Shown here in pieces: positions 56,033-64,000 of a stretch of 64,000 nucleotides of DNA (position 1 is the stretch's first letter; the number at the start of each line of letters is the position of its first letter). The translations under genes were made by a program, and so were the position numbers. The notes beneath the pieces are model-generated. The model saw nothing but the letters and a program-made list of their open reading frames with translations, searched no databases and was not told the origin of the DNA. The stretch spans positions 266,166,001 to 266,230,000 of the forward strand of contig OZ024742.1 in the NCBI GenBank assembly GCA_964016885.1. The letters run 5' to 3'. This DNA is from Eledone cirrhosa (taxonomy: Eukaryota).

Positions 56033-57664
56033 ATATTGTTATACTTTGGGAGGGTCATGTTGCCAATAAGAAACACACGCACCAGTTGCTTTCACTCCAA
56101 TTTATTATAAATTAAATTTATAAATTTAAGAATTTATAAATTTCCGGTTGTTGGTTCCATAACCAGGCGGTTGTTCATATATTGTCAAAGTTCTTTCGTC
56201 ACACATTCTGTGACCTCTTTAGTGACTGGGGATTCTTTTCTTTGTTTTTGTGCCTCTCCTTTGTTCTGTCCTACACCATCTTGTTTTTGTGTGTGTTGCG
56301 TGCTTAGTTTGTGCATGTGTTACATCTGGGTGTCTGTGAGTGTTTATATTTGTTTATTTACATGTTACTGGTTGGTTGTTTGTTCTATGTGTGTGTGTGT
56401 TTTCATTTTGTCCTTAATCGGATCACACCAAAATCAACATACTGATTGCGGATTTGGTACGGGTGATGAGAAACGTGTCCCGCATGTGCAACCTCAAAGA
56501 ACTAGAGAGACACATACAACACTTCATCCACCGTATGCCGTTCTCTGGTTACAATCAGAGATATAAAATAAGAGTAAATAGAGGAGCCAGAACCAAATGG
56601 GAAAAAATGGTAAATAATGATACAAATAGGACCTGCCCCTTGTATAGGAGCAAATTTTGGAATAGAATAGAAAGAACTAGGAATAAGGTTAATAGAATAA
56701 ACTCATGGTATGATAGCAATAAATACCGGAGTGTAATGTTCATCAATACAACCTCTAGAGGTGAATTAGCTTAAAAATTTAGAAGGGCCCGAGATAAACA
56801 TAAACTTAATATTAAGATAGTAGAAAGACCAAGTACCTCCATAAAAACACTTTTTAGCAATACATACCCTTTTCAAAGACCTCCCTGTATAAATAAGAAA
56901 TGCATAATCTGTAAACTAAGCCCCCATATTAACTGTAAAACTAGAAATGTAGTATATAGCATAAGATGTACTGAAGGTCAATGTAAAGATAAGAATATAG
57001 TGTACATAGGTGAGACAGCTCGTAGTATAGGAGAACGGTTAAATGAGCACTGGCGAGAACTTCAAGATAAAAAAGAATCATCAATACTCCACCAACATGC
57101 TAAAATAAAACATAAGGGCAAATTAGAGAACATAGAAATAAAAATAGAATCTACACACAGAAAAGACGCAATGTTTAGACAAATCACAGAGACAATAAAC
57201 GTAAATGAACTCCAACCAAATTAAATAGAAAACATGAATGGAATAGCAACATCACAACTTACAATTAAGGACAAAATGAAAACACACACACACATAGAAC
57301 AAACAACCAACCAGTAACATGTAAATAAAGAAATAAATAAACAAATATAAACACACACAGACACCCGGATGTAACACATGCGCAAACTAAGCACGCAACA
57401 CACACAAAAACAAGATGGCGTAGGACAGAACAAAGGAGAGGCACAAAAACAAAGAAAAGAATCCCCAGTCACTAAAGAGGTCACAGAATGTGTGACGAAA
57501 GAACTTTGACAATATATGAACAACCGTTCGGTTATGGAACCAACCAACCAACCGGAAATTTATAAATTCTTAAATTTATAAATTTAATTTATAATAAATT
57601 GGAGTGAAAGCAACTGGTGCGTGTGTTTCTTATTGGCAACATGACCCTCCCAAAGCATACAATA
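56033..57664 (+). mobile_element. 5'-truncated Penelope-like element (Neptune-like) with inverted pseudo-LTRs
   Basis: Cys-rich linker CINKKCIIC...C and GIY-YIG NVVYSIRC...YIGETARSIGERLNEH...LHQH...RQITE. Inverted repeats at 56033-56418 and 57264-57664. Confidence 0.9.
57468..57510 (+). ncRNA. Hammerhead motif in the Penelope pseudo-LTR, mutated core (inverse copy at 56184-56226)
   Basis: gtca-CTAAAGA-g-gtcaca-gaatg-tgtgac-GAAA-gaac-TT-tgac; G5 is replaced by A. Confidence 0.65.
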
Positions 57665-57924
57665 TATATATATATATATATACACACACATATATAGAGT
57701 TGTGGTGGAAGTATTTAGAGAAATAATTGAACAAAGTGAAATAAAAAAAAAAAGATGAAAGTAGTGGTGGTCTGGACCAATCAACAGATTTTTTTAATCT
57801 TTTATATCACACATTATTTTCAAAAAGGATACATTGGATAATGTAGCTAGTCTAAAATATACTATGGTTAATGGTCATGTTATTTTATCATAGGCTTGTT
57901 GGATTGGGATTAAATAATAACAAG

Positions 57925-58172
57925 GACATGTGATGTACATGGAGGATGACCACTGGGTAAAGAAGTGCCAAGAAATCCCAGTACAAGGAAGGCGCAGTTG
58001 AGGAAGACCACACAAAACATGGGTGGAGGTGGTGAGAGTAGACCTCAGATCACTGAAGCTCACGGAGGAGATGACAAGCGATCGTGACAAATGGAGAGAT
58101 GCCGTGCTTAATAAGACCCGTCCCACCCTAGCAAGCAAGGAAAAGCGGACATAAAATGGTGATGATGATGAT
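57925..58172 (+). mobile_element. RTE (family C) 3' fragment with (GAT)n tail
   Basis: GHVMYMEDDHWVKKCQEIPVQG...; matches the reverse complement of 12420-12650. Confidence 0.82.
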
Positions 58173-59764
58173 GAAGGAACTCCATCATGGGCTGAAACTA
58201 AAAAACAACAATATTGAGAAAAACAAAATCTGAAAAGAAAATCAAAGGTTTATAGATGTTCATAAGTTACTGATGCTGCCCTTCATCAGTTCTTCAGTAT
58301 CCAGGTATTAACTTGACATGAGAAAAGTTCAGACCAACTGAAGTATTTTTTTTCTATTATATTAAACAAAAGTCCAATACACTTAGAAACTTATTTGTAT
58401 TTGACTATTTGATAACTTTGTCTACTGATATATCCAACATACTTAACTTGTTTGAGCCAAAACTAAATGGTCCTTTAAACTGTCTGAGCCAAAATTCTAT
58501 ATGATAACTTAACCTACTTAAGCCAACATTATGTAGTCTCTCAAGCTGCCCAAATGAACATTTTACATGGTCATTCAACCTGCCTTAGCCAGGAAATAGC
58601 AACTAAATCTCCTTCACATCAAACCCTACCATCTAGGAAAAAAAGATACTATATAATCTTAAATAACCCTAAAAACACAAGATGGTCTGAAAAATTGATG
58701 ACGAAAGGTTTGCTTGATCATGGTTAAGCTAGGGCTAAACAATAAGCTACAAGAAATAGAAGCCAAATCTTCTTCAAATTACATTCTACTGTCCTAAAAG
58801 TCAAGACACATTCGATAGTTTTCTTCTGTATTTACTGACACAGAATGACTAAGGCAGAAACACCTTTGATCATTAGGTAGTGAGCAGAGACCTGTCACTG
58901 ATGATCCTGTATGATACTAGACCGGGTTTTAGCTAGCTTTGGTTGACAATACCTAATATAGGCCCTTGTCCAGAACTATGGATCTCCAATAAACATCAAA
59001 ATACAACACTGACATAATGTAGAGGATAGTTATGTCTCACTGGTAGGTGACAAACTCTTCAGATTTGGTTGGCAATCATCTAGAGATGACAGTTCAATAA
59101 AGAACACTGGCTGATGATGAACTTTATACCACATGGGATGCAGCAATGTATGCACTGGTACAGTTCATTTTGAAAAAGTACACTTTGTAATTAATTGTAA
59201 CAGGATTCAAATACTCAAAGGAACTCCAGCTATAGTAGAGTTGTGGTGTCATATTTAAACCAAACCGTCTGAGAGCCTAATTCAGAACTTGTTCACCTTC
59301 ATGAAACTAAAGTATGAAGTGCAAAACCTTAGAGTGGTAATGCAGGATTGTGAGATCTGTCTTAACTAAAGCCATCATGACTGAAACAGGGCTAAAAAAC
59401 AATGTATAAAACAGATTTTCATCCCTATACCACTGACATCAGAGTAATTGTGACACAAGTCAAGGAAGATATTTATATTCAATAAAATCAAGATAATTGA
59501 TACCTCTCTCTTGCAATAAATTGTGATATCATAAAAAGAATTCATAAACCCTTGATACCATAAAAGAAAGTTAAACTTGATGGGATTTGAATTTAGAACA
59601 AAAAAACGTAACTAAACATCACAAAGCATTTTGTCCAAAACTACTAATTCTTGCTGGGTTTAACACCACCACATAGCCCTTGGGTGTCTTTAGCAGAGTT
59701 TACTCTATAGTAAGCATTCAGGCTAGGTCTCCTGTTTGAGGATACTTTCCACCTTCCCTTTCCC

Positions 59765-59950
59765 TAAATTACTAACACAAGGCCAGTATTTTGGGAGAAG
59801 AGGAAAGTCGATTATACTGACCCCAGTACTTAATAAATGCTACATTTTATCAAAACCAGAAGGATGAAAGGCAAAGCTGACCTCAGAGATTTGAACTGTA
59901 AACATTATGCAATGCATTTTGTCTGGTTTTCTAACAACTCTGCCAATCTG
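59765..59950 (-). mobile_element. Degenerate SINE related to 6705-7110
   Basis: aaggatgaaaggcaaag...gatttgaact...tctaacaactctgccaatc is the reverse complement of the body and head. Confidence 0.6.
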
Positions 59951-61168
59951 CTGATGATAAACAGGTTCAAATCAGGCTGAAGTCAACTTTCATACTTCCA
60001 GCAAAGATAGTGGTCACAATTGAAAGGATTTTGAGAACAGTTTTTCTCTCTCAGGAGAAGGCCTCAACATCTTCAAATACCACTTGAGGAGGAAGATAAG
60101 AGTAGAGAGAGAGATGCTGCTCTCCAGTAAATTTTATGAAAGGTGTGTGAAAATGAAAAGAATGGCATTGCTAAATGAGTCCACATTAACTATGCAATTG
60201 CAGGTTGGTGGTAAGGTTTTGGGTATATCTGGGTAATACAGGGTTGTGTTTAGAGTGCCCCAAACCACCCTATGGGGTTTCTCCCTTATTTGAAGGAATC
60301 TTTTTCCAGTACTCCAATACTCCAATACTCTATTTATTGTTATTGCTAAACTTCACTTCTACTCAATGCAAATCCTTCACTGTGTCTTGTTTGTAGATTT
60401 CCTATGTATTTTGATTCTGTACTGTCCCAACATCTTAGGCCCTTGTGGCCAATAAAATATATTATTATTATTTGGTATATTGTAATACTTTCTTCCTGTA
60501 CCTTATATAAGTAACAAGGCTCACACACAAACATTGTATCATTGTAGAGTAGCGTTTACTTCCGTGGCCCTTGAGGATAATAGAGATATCATTCGCAATA
60601 CATTGACCTTGACCTTTGAGGGTCGATAAAGTATGTAGCTGTGATTTACTGGTGTCATTTCATTGACTACGCTTGTTATTACCATCATTAACAAATTTGT
60701 AATTTCCCTTTGTTTTGTTGTTTTTTTGTTTTTTGCAGATCAAAATAAAACACTCACTTCGCTTTTCATTCTTACGTGTTAGAAAAAATGAACAACCACT
60801 ATAAATTGGCGTCCCACAAAAATGTGTATGGTCGTTTCTTAATTAGTAATAATTATATCCAACATCCAGAATTGCTCTGGCGATTCCGTTACGAATTCTT
60901 GGTTGAATATAAGATTTAGTGCTGCTGGAAAGGAAATATATCGTTCAATAGTATGAAGAAACAACCTCTCATTTATTTTCTGTTCATAGCGTTAAACGTT
61001 TAAGTTATATGTTCATCGTTATCTCATCAGTCAGGAGGAAACATTGCTACATCATCACTAAAAATAAAACATCACTGATAGTCAAACTACCGAGAGATTG
61101 TGTGTGTGTGTGTACGTTCCTGTCTGCATTATATACATAAACACGCAGCGATCGTAAAACACAGATAT

Positions 61169-61200
<32 letters not shown>

Positions 61201-61496
61201 ATGTAAACAAACGCAATATCAAAAGATACACACACACACACAAACAACGAACACGTCAAGACAGAATACGCAAACACATAAACAAACACACACACCTGTT
61301 GTATCAGTGACAAAGGGGCGTGGTCCAGGTCACAGATATAGGGATTTAACAATCCTGGGGTGGGAGGGATGATCGGAGGAGTAGAGAACACCATTTGTTT
61401 TCACTGTACATATATATACACTCAAATGAATAAGAGATATACGTAAACGCATTGAATGTTACAGTGACACACACTACGTGTAATGTTATTGTACAG

Positions 61497-61542
<46 letters not shown>

Positions 61543-61584
61543 ATACCTAGGCCCTCCAAATAATGTTGGCAATTCAGCCTGGTC

Positions 61585-61616
<32 letters not shown>

Positions 61617-62052
61617 TGATAGGGATTAGAAAGCTGTTTATATAAACATGTCAGATGAATATATTATATAGATGATACGTGTATGTTTAGACATTGTAAT
61701 CTATATAGAAGTTGTTCTTTGTACGTGCGTTCTTAATTGTCTTGTGTGTGTGTGACAGTTTGGATATATATATTTATCGGGTGTATTTATATACTCATAC
61801 CCAGCAATATATTCAATTATAGATACACACAAAACATACTCTACTTTTCACATATACAAATATAAATATATGTACATACACACACTAATTATATATCAAT
61901 ATATATATTCTCAGCTCTGACTTTTGATTATATATATATATACATATACATACGTACATATCTATAGTTTATATTGCAACATATATTCATAGTCGTACCA
62001 CTAATCAGTATATACAACAGTTCGACAGATCTATAGAATAAAATATACATAC

Positions 62053-62096
62053 CACAGAGCATTGGCCAACAGTACTTCTTCAAACTTCACCCACAT
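62053..62096 (-). CDS. TBC1D9: TBC1 domain family member 9/8-like Rab-GAP, first coding exon (MWVKFEEVLLANAL-W)
   Basis: Minus strand reads ATG TGG GTG AAG TTT GAA GAA GTA CTG TTG GCC AAT GCT CTG TG|gtatgt. This matches the TBC1D9/8 N-terminus (MWVxPEEVLLANALW). The phase-2 donor is completed by the G at 6134. Confidence 0.9.
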
Positions 62097-62271
62097 CCTC
62101 AGTGGTTTTCATAATAAAATCCACTGTTATGTTGTTTTTAACCTCGCCCACTGTTGTCCTCTTTTAGCTTCTCTGTCCAGATGCGAACCCCTGACCTAGA
62201 TGTCTGTATATATAAGTGTCCACATATGCATTATCTGTGTATGTATGTATATATTATATATATCTGTGCGC

Positions 62272-62319
<48 letters not shown>

Positions 62320-63264
62320 ATGTATATGTATGTGCGTAACTTCTAATTCTACCCAACCATTTCGCCACTAATGAAAACGAAATAGAAATTGCAGCTTCAT
62401 CACGCTCTAAATCTCGTTCAAGCGAGAGTTTCCCCCTCATGTGAAAAAAAATTTACATTTTTGTTTTATTTTTTCATTATGAAAGTTTGTACATTAAGAT
62501 AAGGTTATATTATATGATATTTTGATATATTAGAATAATGTATATAAACTAAAAAAATAAAAAAAACGAAAGTACAGAGTATCCTGTGCTACTTAAAGTC
62601 TCGTGTGAGCAGACGAGATATTACATTGTCAACACTTAAATTAATATACACGTGGTTATGCTGTCTGCCTGCTTTTTTTAACTGAATCTTTACCTACCTA
62701 CCTAATTAACGCATTATCTACGTATGTTGTTTATATATTTATCACTTGGTCCCTATTATTTTACTTTATTTATCATTGTTTCGTACTTTTGTGTCATTCT
62801 TTAGTTCATGCTTCTTTTACTAGTTGCTCGTTATTACAAATACAGTCGTCGCGCAGAACGAAAATACTCAACCAAGAATTGCGAATAGATATGAAAAATT
62901 GAACAGGCTTAAAATACAGTACTATAGGACAAAGTTCAGAAATATATGTTAAAATATAATGAGTGTATAAGGATAACTCAAGAAAGACGGAAGTGGTATA
63001 CTGGGCATTGCATAAATACTCGTATGGCTCGCCGCCTCGAGCCTCCCATGTTATACATAGTCGAAAATGAGATTATCCATACAATTTGTTGATAAAATTT
63101 CCTTCGAGAGTTTGACGTCATTGTTTTTTTGCCTCAGTCTTCCAAAAAGGTCCCAAGAACATCATGTCAATTTAAATTATATTCAGTTCTGTTTTGTTAT
63201 TCTACAAAAAATGTCATTGATTTTGATTTTAAAAATTAATATATGATCTTAATACTTCTTTCAG
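62097..63264. promoter_or_regulatory. Putative divergent promoter / 5' UTR region between the TBC1D9-like and GLRX2-like genes
   Basis: The two start codons point away from each other ~1.2 kb apart. CpG is locally raised; there is a perfect TGACGTCA at 63113-63120 and CACGTG at 62649-62654. Transcription start sites cannot be determined from sequence. Confidence 0.5.
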
Positions 63265-63292
63265 GGGTTTTACTTCAATTTTATTTCACGAT

Positions 63293-63532
63293 ATGGGGAA
63301 TTTTTTTACCAAAGCACCAATTGTCAGTAGCCCAGAATTTGCCAAAATTGTTGAGAAAACCGTCCATGATAACTGTGTTGTAATTTTCTCAAAGACCTAC
63401 TGTCCCCATTGTAAGACAGTCAAAACGTTATTTGATAATCTGAAAGTAAATTACAAAACTATTGAATTGAACAAGAGAGAAGATGGTGAACAGATAATGT
63501 CAGCGTTACTAGAAATTACCCAAAGGAGAACG
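63293..63532 (+). CDS. GLRX2: Glutaredoxin-2-like dithiol glutaredoxin, coding exon; no later exon recognised in the window
   Basis: MGNFFTK...DNCVVIFSKTYCPHCK...VNYKTIELN...QRRT|gtaaat. It has the Grx fold motif, and the intron falls just before the expected VPxxF. Acceptor cttctttcag at 63255-63264. Confidence 0.88.
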
Positions 63533-64000
63533 GTAAATTCATAAAAAAATTTCATTTAATCAGAAGCACAACATTTTTTTTTTCAGGTGCGTGCTTGCAC
63601 ATGTAGAAATATTTCATTCTTGATATTAACTTTCATAAATTGGCAGTCGTTGATTTTAAGAAACTTACTTCAAAGCCATGTTTCATTTGTCTTCTACTTT
63701 AACTTTGGGTCAACCAAATGCCCTGTAAGTGAACATGATAGACTGAAACTGTGAAGAAACCTGTCCCCCCACCATTATCACCACACACACACATTGATTT
63801 ATTTACAAAGCATTAAGTAATTTTTTAAATTAGAAAATGTTTGCTTTTATTTGAAAAGCTTCACATTATAAACTATAAATAATTGAATAAGTTGGGTAAA
63901 GTACTCCTGGGGTGAAGAAAGTGGACAGAACTGCCGGCAAAACTCAAACCACACACCTGTTGTATTTTTGTTATAAGCATTATGGCTATCACAGTTGTCC

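Noticed and set aside
62658-62681. Upstream mitochondrial-presequence exon for the glutaredoxin (ATG CTG TCT GCC...)
   Set aside because: The frame stops after 7 codons. The ATG at ~63024 also ends in a stop with no convincing donor.

Overview
AT-rich animal genomic DNA. The SINE/RTE repertoire and the long (TA)n arrays suggest an octopod cephalopod (inference). The window holds the first four coding exons of a TBC1D9/TBC1D8-family Rab-GAP gene on the minus strand (62096-62053, 6134-6023, 1299-1248, 363-286; splice sites and phases are consistent). A glutaredoxin-2-like exon (CPHC active site) lies head-to-head with it on the plus strand (63293-63532). The ~55.9 kb first intron is filled with retroelements: several RTE-clade LINE families whose reverse transcriptase carries an internal C4HC3 (PHD-type) finger, an L1/Tx1 element, CR1/Jockey-like and CRE-like fragments, tRNA-derived SINEs, a Neptune-like Penelope element, and compound (TA)n arrays with a ~5 kb tandem duplication beside a 200-N gap. 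Intron 2 holds a Helitron remnant. The most striking unannotated signal is a set of fold-back (inverted-repeat) elements from several unrelated families that carry minimal type I hammerhead ribozyme motifs; the pair at 16513-16581 and 16751-16819 has a canonical catalytic core. The long I/Y/H/T-rich ORFs in the track are microsatellite artefacts.
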